Shown here in pieces: positions 39,301 to 49,204 of a stretch of 64,000 nucleotides of DNA. The stretch is from NCBI GenBank assembly GCA_963676795.2, contig CAXXTB010000002.1, positions 2,016,001 through 2,080,000 on the forward strand. Reading direction: 5' to 3'. Every line of letters starts with the position of its first letter. The stretch's first letter is position 1. Source of the DNA: Geopsychrobacteraceae bacterium. GTDB lineage: Bacteria > Desulfobacterota > Desulfuromonadia > Desulfuromonadales > Geopsychrobacteraceae. Both the position numbers and the translations under genes were made by a program. The notes under the pieces were generated by a model. It saw only the letters and a program-made list of their open reading frames with translations. It made no database searches and was not told the DNA's origin.

Positions 39301-41304
39301 ATCATCACTGACAGTCCCGGACTGACCGATAAAGAACTGCTGGTCCGAACCGTATTCGTGACTCCAGATGGTATCGCCAAGAGCTTCGACATCCATTCCA
39401 CTTATTGAGTCGCTCGGATCGGAGCCAAAATATGACCCCGGCAGATTGTCAGAATCAAAAGAAGGGTTGATATCACTGATAACCAGTTCAAAAGCCTTGG
39501 CACAGGGCTCGCAAGTCTCGTATGGGTCGTCCCAGGTCGACACCAGAGGCAGCCCCAGAGTCGCATCGGGAGTGTCTGTGGAGGTTATAGAAAAGATGCT
39601 GGTCGGGCTCTTCTTACCGGCAAAATAGCGCAGACCCTCATACATCATCTCGGCAACAGGGTTCCCCCAGTCGCTGCACTCACCGTTATCCATTGGCCCG
39701 TCTTTGATCCAGCCACAACTGTACTGATGGCTGCCACCGAAGTTTGTCGTCTGAATGTTGTCGATCGTGGTGATAATATCCCCGCTGGTGAACTGCCCCG
39801 TATCCGGATTCACCTCATCGGCAAACGAACCGATTTTCTTCCTGAGCACTCCTCCTTGCGTATTATTGTGATAAGAACCGGTCAACAGCCCAAAATACAT
39901 CTGATCATCTTCACCATAATCCTGCAGCAAGCCAGTCGGTTTATAGAAGGTATAGGTGCCGTCACTGTAGGACTTACAATTGTCTTCAAGGAACGAACTG
40001 TTACAGACCTCAATCCGAACAGAATAATCGGTCATGACCGATGCAGGCACGGCATTGTCCCAGTAGAGATACCAGTTTGCTGAACCAGTGAGTTCCTGAT
40101 GACGGAAGCGAATTGGGTATGTTCCAGCAGCTAAATAAACAGTACCACTATACAGAGCATTGGCCCCGCCGGTTCTCCCATGGGCTCCGTACCAATATGC
40201 GACCCGATCCGAAAGGGTATAACCGTCAGATCCAGAATCAATATAAAAATCGATCGCATCATCACCATCGACATAGAACGTATAAGTACCGCTCGTCGTA
40301 ATGACGATACTTCCTTCAATAACACTGATAAAATAATCAGCTCCATACGGATCAGAGCCATTGATAGTTGTCAAAGTCTGTGTGTGAGCTAGGTTCGCCG
40401 GAATCCCATAAGTGCTAAATGCATTATCGAAATCGGTGGAACTAGCTACGGTTCCCGGGTTCGCTGCATAAAACCGCTGCATCAAGCCAGAAAGGTTGGA
40501 AGAAGAAACGATGCTTGTTCCACTTGCCGTAGCAGTGCAATTAGTACGCCCGGAGCCATCATTGCAATCGCTTCCGGCGACCGGTCGCTCAATAGAAACC
40601 CATTCCCAGATCCGGTAATGTGAATCATTCAAGACCCTCAGCAATGGTTCTGTCGTATTCAGTAAAGTGACATTGGCAAACAGGTGGCGAGTCCCTGATG
40701 CCGGCAGTGCTAGCGGAGAATAGTTACGGATATCGTAACCGTCATTGGCAACAGAGGAGTACTCCTTGCCCCAGGCATGGGCGTTCTGTGGGACATGAGA
40801 ACGCTCAAGAACTGTCAGCGCGGCTCCGGTTGATGTGTCTGCAGAATCTGTGGAACGGTAACCGCCATAGAGAACCTTGCGCAAAGCATCCAAACGGCTG
40901 GTCGTCAGGTAGTTGAGAAAATCGCCGCTCCATTCGTCCGTACCGGAGCAGGTTTTATCCGTTGTGGCCGAAGTCGGCTCAAAGCGGCTGTTCGAGGCAT
41001 CATATTCGTAACAGAGATGAGAATCAAAGTAGCCAAAATAGTCAATATTGTTTGGCTTGTAACCGACATCCACCGTGTTATCGCCATCAAGGTCCGAAGC
41101 ATCATTGTATGCCTCATAATACAGCTTATGATCACGCCCCATGATCAGCAGATTCAACGGAGGAACCTGGCCGGAAAGGAATAATGGCGACTCTGCAACC
41201 GCAGCCCACAGCTGCCCTGCAAAAGAGCCGCTGAAAACCAGCAGAGATACGCCTATCAGCAAAGCCGACTTCACCGATACACTATTCATTATTTTCATAG
41301 ACAC
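36400..41304 (-). CDS. pilY1: Pilus tip adhesin PilY1 with inserted PA14 domain
   Basis: LGDIINS, YVGANDGMLHAF, YFVDG, YAGDLQGNMWKFD, SWRQL; PA14-like YTFYVDGDD at about 40055-40492. Confidence 0.93.
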   Translation of the reverse strand: MSMKIMNSVSVKSALLIGVSLLVFSGSFAGQLWAAVAESPLFLSGQVPPLNLLIMGRDHKLYYEAYNDASDLDGDNTVDVGYKPNNIDYFGYFDSHLCYEYDASNSRFEPTSATTDKTCSGTDEWSGDFLNYLTTSRLDALRKVLYGGYRSTDSADTSTGAALTVLERSHVPQNAHAWGKEYSSVANDGYDIRNYSPLALPASGTRHLFANVTLLNTTEPLLRVLNDSHYRIWEWVSIERPVAGSDCNDGSGRTNCTATASGTSIVSSSNLSGLMQRFYAANPGTVASSTDFDNAFSTYGIPANLAHTQTLTTINGSDPYGADYFISVIEGSIVITTSGTYTFYVDGDDAIDFYIDSGSDGYTLSDRVAYWYGAHGRTGGANALYSGTVYLAAGTYPIRFRHQELTGSANWYLYWDNAVPASVMTDYSVRIEVCNSSFLEDNCKSYSDGTYTFYKPTGLLQDYGEDDQMYFGLLTGSYHNNTQGGVLRKKIGSFADEVNPDTGQFTSGDIITTIDNIQTTNFGGSHQYSCGWIKDGPMDNGECSDWGNPVAEMMYEGLRYFAGKKSPTSIFSITSTDTPDATLGLPLVSTWDDPYETCEPCAKAFELVISDINPSFDSDNLPGSYFGSDPSDSISGMDVEALGDTIWSHEYGSDQQFFIGQSGTVSDDAPTAKTVTSFGNIRGLAPEEPTKQGSYYPASVAYYGLMNDLNAADDDQTVSTFAVALASPLPEIKISVAGTTVTVVPFAKSVSGDGVDYNVYAPTNSIVDYYVESLTATSGTFSINFEDVEQGADHDMDAIAKYTYTVNDNGTSDVSDDTVTIDVVSTYAAGGIDQHMGYVISGTTADGVYLEVKDVGGSDIHYPLDTPVVAGDYLGLTASRTFTPSSSSSSASFLKNPLWYAAKYGLFDETVTGATENNLPDSVEYDKDGDGDPDNYFLVTNALTLSDQLSRAFDEIVGVQTSAASVATNSTRLNTDSFVYLATFNTETWAGELTAYPLNYDGTLDPAEWYAGDLLTNMASPVGDRKIYTYSYDSGISAYTGKAFVWANLDTAQQLVLNTDINSVNDGLGAERVAYLRGSISLEEDNGGTFRNRNSLLGDIINSDPWYAGSQNYGYANLCTGTDCTEGNEYVTYRSTSDYLNRSEVLYVGANDGMLHAFDAGKRDTANSLYGGKELFAYVPNSVYSKLSELTSPDYDHTYFVDGPPRATDAYVDLDSDGTKEWETILVGSLGAGGKGVYALRVTDPDNFSASDVLWEITPATTGYGELGYILDQPFIVRMANGDFCAVFGNGYEGASGKAVLYVADLTDGSLVASIDVGGASNGLSGVAPIDYDGGLKDSVVDYIYAGDLQGNMWKFDVTDASASNWESAYGATTPLFIAQDDSGNVQPITARPEISVAAGTNADTDDVMVYFGTGKYYATGDNIVGSPADVQTMYGIYDDGTEFDAREYDRSDSKFALVEQTINLQATTASGAEVRALSDNAVDYSNNQDRGWYLDLVPPSNVAAGERVVERAQVYSGYLIYVTLIPSDDVCAFGGDSWTMVVDPDTGGALGYSVFDVNGDGSYDAGDQVTDSGTAFTVSSVKSDSGIISTPAVVSAGDTLHLLTTGTDPDGFNDDQIRGSGESSGRGSWRQLR

Positions 41305-41347
41305 ACCCTTTCCTGCCCCCAGCTATATTTGAAATATATATTCAAGA

Positions 41348-41869
41348 CTAACGAAGAAAAGTTGACTGAAGGACAACAACCGCATTACTACGGGTCCCAA
41401 CACCCCTGGCCGTAACCCGATACATCTGCCGCTCGCTCACCTCGGTCCCCGCCACCAGGCTGTCGTTCCCCTCTCCTTCGACCACCACCAACTCTTCAAT
41501 GACGTAACGGGGAGCTTCCACAGCACTTGAAATTGTTCCGCTATAGGCAACAGAATCACTGGTATTCCAATTCAGATAATCCAGAATATCGATGCCAGTC
41601 GTTTCCTTATAAAGCCCGCTGGCAACCAGGTTTTGATAGGTCCCCGGGAAGTCTGGCAAGGTCGCACCATCGAGATAGTCCTCACCCTCACGCAAAGCGG
41701 CCTCCGCCGCCTGAAAAGCAATATTCCGGCTGGCCTGGTTACGGCTCATGACCTCTTCCAGGGTACTGTTGTTCATGCCGGAAATGCCGATCAGGGTCAA
41801 AACCAGTAGTATCAATAGACCGGTAATTAAAACCGCTCCATTTTCATTATTCACAGGTGAAAGCTTCAT
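41348..41869 (-). CDS. pilX: Minor pilin PilX
   Basis: NG|AVLIT (no E5), AFQAAEAALREGE, YRVTARG. Confidence 0.9.
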   Translation of the reverse strand: MKLSPVNNENGAVLITGLLILLVLTLIGISGMNNSTLEEVMSRNQASRNIAFQAAEAALREGEDYLDGATLPDFPGTYQNLVASGLYKETTGIDILDYLNWNTSDSVAYSGTISSAVEAPRYVIEELVVVEGEGNDSLVAGTEVSERQMYRVTARGVGTRSNAVVVLQSTFLR

Positions 41870-41892
41870 ACCTAAACCTCCCCAATTCCTAC

Positions 41893-43020
41893 CTAAGGCA
41901 AGCGGTTACGGATTCCAACAGTGGTGACAAGCACCTGCCTGAGTCGACGGTCATCAGCAGGAGAAGCCACTGTCCCGTTGCCAATCGGGTCGATGTTGGC
42001 GGTTCCGTTGACGGTATAGGTCGCCGTATCGTAACCCTTCTTTGCGATCTCATTCTGACTCCGTAACAGAAAACCGATACGCACGGCCAGAACGTTCCCC
42101 CAGTCCGAATCGATGGAAGAATCGTTAGCCGGAACAAAGTCGTCGACATTCTGATCGTCATTATTATCCACGCCGTAGAGCACCTGCATATTTTCTACCC
42201 CGGGAACCAACTCCTGAACAGCGGCACTTCCATTTTTAAAATAAAGACTGGGCTCATTGGAACCATTGTTGCGGATGTAAAAAACCAGTGTACGCGGAAT
42301 GAGAATCTCGGCATCTTCGGAATATTCGTGCCCGAAATCCTTGGTACTGTTGCCTGGAGTACCCACCCCCGTGTTATGAACCAGGTTGCCGTTTGAATCG
42401 GTATAGTTGGTCGCCTGAAATACCGTGGCTTCAATACAATCGGTTACGATAAGAATCTCACCGGTAACGGCGGGAAGGATACCGCCACCGATAATCCCCG
42501 AGGTAATCTTCAGATCGGCCGAAACGTTGTCCATATGGCCGGTCACCTGAATATTCATGTTTGGATTGATTCCCCGCAGCACCAGAATGTCGCTCCCGGC
42601 TAGGGGCGATGTGATGCCGTTAATCGCCGTGTCATCCGCCGTCTGAGTCGGATCAACAGCCCCCGTACCGTCCGCCCAGGCGGCCGTGGTCATAGAAGTC
42701 GCTTCAAGACCATAGATGGGCTGGCCAAAATCATAGATAAAATCAGTGGAATTCAGGATATTAATGTAAGAGCCAATCTGGGTAGCACAGCCCATATAGC
42801 CCGACATCCTGACTTCCCGGGTCAGATAATCAACCAGAAAGCGACTGTTCTCCTGCAAGCGGGAATGTTCCTGATTATAGCGATATCCGGTATCACTGCT
42901 GAGAAACACCTGATAGACTCCCCCGAGCAGAACCAGACCGATTGCAACGGCGACCAACAGCTCGACAAGACTCATACCATCGTTCTGCCGAAGTTTCTCT
43001 CTTAAGAAGGTTCTTTTCAT
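41893..43020 (-). CDS. pilW: Minor pilin PilW
   Basis: DG|MSLVELLVA, GVENMQVLYG, IRNR. Confidence 0.9.
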   Translation of the reverse strand: MKRTFLREKLRQNDGMSLVELLVAVAIGLVLLGGVYQVFLSSDTGYRYNQEHSRLQENSRFLVDYLTREVRMSGYMGCATQIGSYINILNSTDFIYDFGQPIYGLEATSMTTAAWADGTGAVDPTQTADDTAINGITSPLAGSDILVLRGINPNMNIQVTGHMDNVSADLKITSGIIGGGILPAVTGEILIVTDCIEATVFQATNYTDSNGNLVHNTGVGTPGNSTKDFGHEYSEDAEILIPRTLVFYIRNNGSNEPSLYFKNGSAAVQELVPGVENMQVLYGVDNNDDQNVDDFVPANDSSIDSDWGNVLAVRIGFLLRSQNEIAKKGYDTATYTVNGTANIDPIGNGTVASPADDRRLRQVLVTTVGIRNRLP

Positions 43021-43475
43021 AGGCCCGTATCCACTGACACTGTCATAGCACCACCCTTATCGTTATATTGGACACTGACGGTCGCTTCGGTACCGGCACT
43101 GGTTGAACTGATGTCAATACTTCCAAGACCAGAGGGGAGAGTAGCCACCTCCGCCAGCCAGTCGTCCAGATCATCTTTAACCATTGTCGGCAAGGTGGAC
43201 GCCGGTGTGTCCCCATAAGCAATCTCATAATGCTGAGAGCTCGAGATCGCGTCATCGCGGTTGATCCGCATCCGCTCGACCATGTCGTAAACATAGAGCG
43301 TCGCCTGAGTTCTCAGCATCGCATCAGCATTACCGGAAAGGCCCTGAGCCTGCAGACTGGCAAGACCAAGCAGACCGACAGACAACACCACCAAAGCGAC
43401 CAGCACCTCGACCAGAGTAAAACCGCCCTTTTGCATTAGCTTTGTTTTCATCATCACCCTTTCGTTCATGGGCAT
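43017..43475 (-). CDS. pilV: Minor pilin PilV
   Basis: GG|FTLVEVLVA, DMVERMRIN, LPSGLG; start may be a later ATG. Confidence 0.9.
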   Translation of the reverse strand: MPMNERVMMKTKLMQKGGFTLVEVLVALVVLSVGLLGLASLQAQGLSGNADAMLRTQATLYVYDMVERMRINRDDAISSSQHYEIAYGDTPASTLPTMVKDDLDDWLAEVATLPSGLGSIDISSTSAGTEATVSVQYNDKGGAMTVSVDTGL

Positions 43476-44053
43476 GCGCTAGCCGGCTTGCTCACCGAGA
43501 CTCGACCGGTTCCAATTATAGTGATCGTATAGCCGGAACTGGTTCCGCGAGAATCACACAGGTTAAAGGTGTCATTACCCAGGTTCGTATTTCCAACAGC
43601 CAGCCCCTGCCCTGTAAAAGCAACATATTCGCTCATATTGCTTCCACTTCTTAATGTCAGTCCTGAGCGAAATTCCGGATAAACCCTGATAAGCTCATCT
43701 TCATCTCCGGAAGCTGTATCATAGACGCCGTCAGCATCGGCATCATAAAACACCAGCCAGCCACTTTCCCACACTCTGGAGTTTCCCGAGGTAGTATCAC
43801 AGCTTGTACCATTTATACTGCGACACATCGCCACACGGTCCCCCCTGGTCACGGCCTCCGCTTTAGCCAAATTCAGCGCCGCAACAAAATCGTTGGACTG
43901 CGTTGCTAACTGATTGTTTCTGAGAATGTCTTTCAGAGAAGGACCCGCCATCGCAGCGATAATTGCGATAAAGGCAAGAACGACAATCACCTCGATCAGG
44001 GTAAAACCTTCTGTCGATATGTAGATGGGTTTTCTAGAATGATTTCGACTCAT
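43466..44053 (-). CDS. fimU: Minor pilin FimT/FimU
   Basis: EG|FTLIE, AKAEAVTRG, WESGWLVF, TGRV. Confidence 0.85.
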   Translation of the reverse strand: MSRNHSRKPIYISTEGFTLIEVIVVLAFIAIIAAMAGPSLKDILRNNQLATQSNDFVAALNLAKAEAVTRGDRVAMCRSINGTSCDTTSGNSRVWESGWLVFYDADADGVYDTASGDEDELIRVYPEFRSGLTLRSGSNMSEYVAFTGQGLAVGNTNLGNDTFNLCDSRGTSSGYTITIIGTGRVSVSKPASACP

Positions 44054-44195
44054 AAATCCTCTCCCTAAAAAGACATACTATACTCATTAGCAATATCTAT
44101 TCCCAGACAACTGAACGGACAAGGCACCTGAAAACCTGACCATTTCTGACCATTGTCCCCGATACAGCTATTGCTGTGCAAAAAAACCCATAAGA

Positions 44196-45704
44196 TTAAT
44201 GCATTTTTTGCACAGTCTGCACAGGGAAACATATCTCAAATCGACAGCCTTCACCGGCTGCTGACTCAACATCGATTCGCCCACCTATAGAAGAAACGAT
44301 TCTTTGACATACGGCAAGCCCCAATCCAGTCCCCTTTCCCGGGGCTTTCGTCGTAAAAAATGGCTCAAATACCTTTTCAAGATCCTCTGCAGATATTCCG
44401 CAACCATCATCTTTTATATAGATACAGAAATAGTCATCCTTTCTATCGAAGCTGATTTCCAACGTCCCCGAGCCATCACAGGCATCAATGGCATTCAGCA
44501 ATATATTCATAAAGACCTGCTGTAAATTTCCCCGTGTAACTCCAAGCATGACAGCTGTCGAAGGGAGGAGATCTTCAACAGTCATCGACTCCAGCTTGCC
44601 TTGACGATGTAATAAGTCCAAGCAAAAACGTAATTCTTCGATGACATCAACAAGGCCACCCTCTGTATTCGTTTCTGGACGAGCATATTCGAGCAGACCA
44701 CAAACCAGCGCATCGATTCTTCTTGCCTCAATAAGTGCATAGCTACTCAGTTCAGAGTGCGACAAGGAACTGTCTCCCGGCTCCATTTTCATTAACAGCT
44801 CGAGATAACCGATCAGTGCTGACAGTGGATTTCCTATTTCATGAGCCAGTCCGGACGCCAACTGTCCAACCGACGCCATTTTTTCACTGACGATAACCTC
44901 GCGACGCGCACTGCTTAATTCCTGAGTCAACTTTTCTAGTGAATTTATGTGATTTTCTTTCTCTTTCTGAGTCTTTTCAAGCGCGTCAATCATACGGTTG
45001 AAGCTGTCCGTCAGCTCCAGAATTTCACGCGGACCATCCAAAATTATTCTTTCACTCAGATTTCCTGACGAAATCAAATATGTCGCATTAAACAATCCGC
45101 GTAACGGTTTAATCAAGTTTTTGTGGATAAGATAATAGCCAATCAGTATCAGCACTACTGAAACGCTTAAAATATAGAGTAAAAAAATATTGAATCGTTC
45201 AACCAGTGTCCTGCGTACTTCCGCAAAGGAATAGATGGACACGAAGAAGCCCCCCACATCCCCAGAAGAATAAATCGGAGAAGAAACAATAAGGAAGTTA
45301 TTTTCATTTATAAAGACATTGAGCAGAGAGGAATAACGAACAACACTCAGAACTTCACCAGAGATCCTGCTTCTTAATAAGATATCAGAGATTTCAGATC
45401 TGAATGAACTTAAATCGTTACTGACAACAGCATTATACTGCCTGTCATAAAAGGCCCATCCAAGGCTACCCTGCTCCTGCAGTATAGCTGCGTAATCGGA
45501 TTCATGCCGCTGTGTCAGCGAAAGGACTCCGTTTCCATATGAATGGGCGATCATATTGTTCAGTGTTATCAAGCGTTCAATGCGCTCTCGTAATATTTCC
45601 TGTTCAGCAAACCTTAGGGAAAGGATCCCAAACAACAACAGCGCCGAGACCATTAGAAAAATCAGGGTGAATAAAATTTCAATCCGGATGCCAGGCTTTT
45701 TCAT
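44196..45704 (-). CDS. HAMP-domain sensor histidine kinase (PilS2-like), no adjacent response regulator
   Basis: Two TM helices, [23 protein letters not shown]. Confidence 0.88.
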   Translation of the reverse strand: MKKPGIRIEILFTLIFLMVSALLLFGILSLRFAEQEILRERIERLITLNNMIAHSYGNGVLSLTQRHESDYAAILQEQGSLGWAFYDRQYNAVVSNDLSSFRSEISDILLRSRISGEVLSVVRYSSLLNVFINENNFLIVSSPIYSSGDVGGFFVSIYSFAEVRRTLVERFNIFLLYILSVSVVLILIGYYLIHKNLIKPLRGLFNATYLISSGNLSERIILDGPREILELTDSFNRMIDALEKTQKEKENHINSLEKLTQELSSARREVIVSEKMASVGQLASGLAHEIGNPLSALIGYLELLMKMEPGDSSLSHSELSSYALIEARRIDALVCGLLEYARPETNTEGGLVDVIEELRFCLDLLHRQGKLESMTVEDLLPSTAVMLGVTRGNLQQVFMNILLNAIDACDGSGTLEISFDRKDDYFCIYIKDDGCGISAEDLEKVFEPFFTTKAPGKGTGLGLAVCQRIVSSIGGRIDVESAAGEGCRFEICFPVQTVQKMH

Positions 45705-45892
45705 CAGAAACCCAATCCAATACTGTTTCTATATTTTCAATCCATTGTACTTCCATAATGAACAGACCAACATTAGACGCTACAAAATCTCAACTCAACC
45801 AAAAAGATAGGAATGATAGCAATGTCAGTTTGCCAAAAAGATAACAATCAACCATAATTATAAATTGATTATTTATCTTGAAGGAGATTTTT

Positions 45893-46084
45893 ATGCCCCG
45901 TATCCCAACCCTGGACACCGATGCCTGCATCGGCTGCGAAACCTGTACCCGTTTATGCCCGAATGTTTTTCATATGATATCAGAGCATAAGGCCGGTGTT
46001 TTCAACCCGACCGGAGACAGTGAAGAAAAGATTGAAGAAGCGATGGACAACTGTCCGGTTGCCTGTATCAACTGGGAAGATTAG
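45893..46084 (+). CDS. Single-cluster 4Fe-4S ferredoxin
   Basis: CIGCETC...CPV; AAGGAG RBS before the ATG at 45893. Confidence 0.9.
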   Translation: MPRIPTLDTDACIGCETCTRLCPNVFHMISEHKAGVFNPTGDSEEKIEEAMDNCPVACINWED

Positions 46085-46099
46085 CGTCAGGCTGAAGTC

Positions 46100-46630
46100 A
46101 TGTATCGGTCCTGTGGAATTATCAGCCTGCTTTTCCTTGTCCTGACCAGCTGCTCATCGCCACTGGCAAAGATGGGCGACATCCTGGCGGATGACTATGC
46201 TGAACAGTATTTTTCCAACAGTGCCGAGCATTATTCCGTCAGCCTGCCACTTGAGTGGACACGAGAAGAGATTCCGGTCTCTTCTCCAGCCTACCGGACA
46301 CACACAACACGCTGGATAATCGCTAAAGGCAACACCACAGGCCCTGCCAGTTCATTCAGTATCTCAACACATCAAGAATCAGCCGAAGGCTACGCCTTGG
46401 AACGCGTTCAGGATCCGCAGCAAGCTACAGAAAAAAAGCTGAACTTCGCAACCTGCCTGCAGTTCTTATCCAGCCAGGATGAGAAACAACGGATTGAGCT
46501 GTACTGCCAGGGCAGTCAAAACCTGTTTGTCCTCGACTTTATCCTTATCAGCCCTGACAAAAAGCTACTCAAGCAGATCGACAGGGTCATGGACAGCTTT
46601 AACGAACTCACGCCAAGCGACGAGCAATGA
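46100..46630 (+). CDS. Hypothetical lipoprotein
   Basis: Lipobox LTSC after a hydrophobic stretch. Confidence 0.65.
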   Translation: MYRSCGIISLLFLVLTSCSSPLAKMGDILADDYAEQYFSNSAEHYSVSLPLEWTREEIPVSSPAYRTHTTRWIIAKGNTTGPASSFSISTHQESAEGYALERVQDPQQATEKKLNFATCLQFLSSQDEKQRIELYCQGSQNLFVLDFILISPDKKLLKQIDRVMDSFNELTPSDEQ

Positions 46631-47193
46631 CCAGAATCAGACCAGCTGAACTCATCAGAAAGTACTACAAAGACAATCCCGAGGCGATGGAGATCCTCCT
46701 GGAGCACAGTCGCAAGGTGACTCGCCGGGCGCTGCAGATTGCCCGGAGAATGACTCAACACGAAGAGCTAGATATCCAGTTCATCGCCGAGGCTGCCATG
46801 CTTCACGACATAGGCATGATCATGACCGATGTCCCCGATCTGCACTGTTCCGGCAGTGCGCCCTATTTGCAGCACGGACTTCTCGGTGCCGAAATTCTAA
46901 ACAAAGAAGGGTTCCCAAGGCACGCCCGGGTCTGTGAACGCCATATCGGCATCGGTTTGACGGCAGAAGAAATCATCCGTGAGAAGTTACCGCTACCGGC
47001 CCGCGACATGCTTCCCGAGACAGTTGAAGAACAGATCATCTGTTACGCGGATCTGTTCTTTTCCAAGGGGAAGAAAAATCGCCATCAGGAAAAATCTCAC
47101 GACAAGGTGAGAAAAAACCTGAACAAATATGGCAAAGACAAAACCGCCGTTTTCGATCGCTGGCAGCAGTGTTTCGAGCCGGATGCGAGCTGA
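46627..47193 (+). CDS. HD-domain phosphohydrolase
   Basis: EHS...LHDIG...H...ERH...YAD. Confidence 0.88.
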   Translation: MTRIRPAELIRKYYKDNPEAMEILLEHSRKVTRRALQIARRMTQHEELDIQFIAEAAMLHDIGMIMTDVPDLHCSGSAPYLQHGLLGAEILNKEGFPRHARVCERHIGIGLTAEEIIREKLPLPARDMLPETVEEQIICYADLFFSKGKKNRHQEKSHDKVRKNLNKYGKDKTAVFDRWQQCFEPDAS

Positions 47194-47196
47194 ACA

Positions 47197-47841
47197 ATGC
47201 CGTCCTGGCTTGTTGAATTCAGCAGCTACCTGCCGCAAGGACTGCTACTCTACCTGCTTGTTTTGCTGATTGCATTCTTCGAGTCGATCCCACTGGCTGG
47301 GCTTATCGTACCGGGCAGCACCCTGGCTGTCCTGTTCGGCTTTCTTGCCTACCACGGAACCGGCTCCTTTTCGACGATCGTCATCAGTGCAATTATAGGA
47401 GCCTTTCTGGGCGACAGTTTCAGTTTCTGGCTGGGACGGAAGTTCGGGGCCGGCTTTCTCAAAACCAGACGACTTCGTCGCCAGCGTAAATTGACACGGC
47501 TGGCGTCCCTTCTCTTTGTTCACCATGGTGGCAAGTCGCTGTTTTTTGCGCGCTTCCTTGGTCCGATTCGCGGCACAACCCCCTTCATCGCCGGGCTGTT
47601 CCGCATGTCTGGTCAGCCATTTATCATCTATACGCTCATCAGCGCGATACTCTGGGGCATCTGTTATCCCGGAGTCGGCTACCTGGGAGGCAAAAGCTGG
47701 CATCACGCAGAACAGCTGAGCGTCCAGCTGGCCCTGCTGATGACAGCCCTCATCCTCATGACCGCAGTGCACTATCTGACCAAAGCGCTGTTCAAAAAAC
47801 TGTCCACAGGTGACAGCTCTAAAAAAGATACTGAAAACTGA
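47197..47841 (+). CDS. DedA family membrane protein
   Basis: VPGS, GAFLGD, FFARFLGPIR. Confidence 0.9.
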   Translation: MPSWLVEFSSYLPQGLLLYLLVLLIAFFESIPLAGLIVPGSTLAVLFGFLAYHGTGSFSTIVISAIIGAFLGDSFSFWLGRKFGAGFLKTRRLRRQRKLTRLASLLFVHHGGKSLFFARFLGPIRGTTPFIAGLFRMSGQPFIIYTLISAILWGICYPGVGYLGGKSWHHAEQLSVQLALLMTALILMTAVHYLTKALFKKLSTGDSSKKDTEN

Positions 47842-48814
47842 CACTGACTGAGCGGGACTCCCAGTGCACTTCGTTCAGCGTTGTTTTTGAGGCACCATCG
47901 TCCGTATAAGTGCGGTCGGTGCCGGACTGGGTTGTGAAGTAGCGAATCGCTCCTGTCGCCAGCAAGGACCAGCGCTCAGCCAGGCGATAACGCGCCTGCA
48001 GCGACCAGTCAAAGCCATCTCCAACAGCGACATGCTCAAAGCTGACGGGATGATCGAGATCCTCCCGCAGATTCCAATCGGCCTGGGCAAAATAATAGAA
48101 AAGGTGATATCTGAACGCTGTTGCCAGACTGAAGACCTCAGTCAGGGGCAGGTCAAGCTTAAGCCCGACGACCGGGCCAAACCAATAGGCATCATAACTG
48201 CTGTCCAGCCCCTCTATGGACCCTGGAGAGGGCACACCGAAGGAACCACCGCTTTCCTGAAAATACTGATTATAGATACTCTGATTTGAATAAACCTGAC
48301 GGCCGTTTTGCAGGACAAGACCAAGATAGTCGAATTGAATCCCCAGGATCGGGGTAATTTTCAGAGGGGTGTCTTTCAAAGTGATAACAGGGCCGGCTTC
48401 TATGCCAAAATCAACAACCTGACCATCTCCGGCATCACTCAGCGAACGGGACCATTCAAACCGCCTGTCGTTCGCAGCGTAGTCAGCATCACTGACGTGG
48501 CCTGCATAGATATTTCCGGCGCCCAAATACCCGGAAAAATACAGGTCGCGCCTGAGCCATTCCAGACCCTCAAGAACCCCTTCCGCCTGCAGCTTGAGTT
48601 CATATATTTTCAGGTCATCCCACTTGAGTTCCGACAGAATATTGACAGGATCGCCGTCCCTGGTCTCGCCAGCGATACTCCAGCTCAAACTGTCTTCGCG
48701 TAACGCCTGGGATACACTCACTTGCAGATTTTTCAGCTCGGGACCGGCGAGCGCATCAGAAACAGGCCAGAGTAGACATAAACACAGGACAGGAAGTGAC
48801 AATAAGTTCCGCAC
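47819..48814 (-). CDS. Outer-membrane beta-barrel, omptin-like
   Basis: Signal peptide, LSELKW, alternating beta strands, C-terminal YLF. Confidence 0.6.
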   Translation of the reverse strand: MRNLLSLPVLCLCLLWPVSDALAGPELKNLQVSVSQALREDSLSWSIAGETRDGDPVNILSELKWDDLKIYELKLQAEGVLEGLEWLRRDLYFSGYLGAGNIYAGHVSDADYAANDRRFEWSRSLSDAGDGQVVDFGIEAGPVITLKDTPLKITPILGIQFDYLGLVLQNGRQVYSNQSIYNQYFQESGGSFGVPSPGSIEGLDSSYDAYWFGPVVGLKLDLPLTEVFSLATAFRYHLFYYFAQADWNLREDLDHPVSFEHVAVGDGFDWSLQARYRLAERWSLLATGAIRYFTTQSGTDRTYTDDGASKTTLNEVHWESRSVSVSFQYLF

Positions 48815-49159
48815 CCGTTCCTCCCAATAAAAAAAATTACAAAAAATATAAATTGTTTCCGCAGTCAGCGAACGAAACTCATTAAAGCATAAAAAGAAAT
48901 GATTTCATACATCGATTAAGCGAGCCCTTGCTCAGCTGTGCACTCTCCTGCAGTTACCGAGAATGGCCCCTGTCAAACGTGTTGGCCTGGTTAAGAAACA
49001 GCCGCTCACGGCAAAGACATATTCTGTCACAAAACTGGTCAATACTAGGATTATCAGCAGATATCAACCAACGGAGACAGCTATGTTCGAATTTCTTTTC
49101 AGCGCCTTCTTTGTTTTGCTTTTTATCGGGCAACTCTGTGGCAAGAAACCGCAAGACAT

Positions 49160-49194
49160 AAAAAAACCGGTGATTTCAAAAATGAAATCACCGG
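49160..49194 (-). terminator. Terminator after the FKBP gene
   Basis: CCGGTGATTTCA-N4-TGAAATCACCGG followed by T7. Confidence 0.85.
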
Positions 49195-49204
49195 CGAAGA
49201 AGAC

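Noticed and set aside
45810..45880. Fur-like box upstream of the ferredoxin
   Set aside because: Imperfect AT-rich dyad that cannot be distinguished from background
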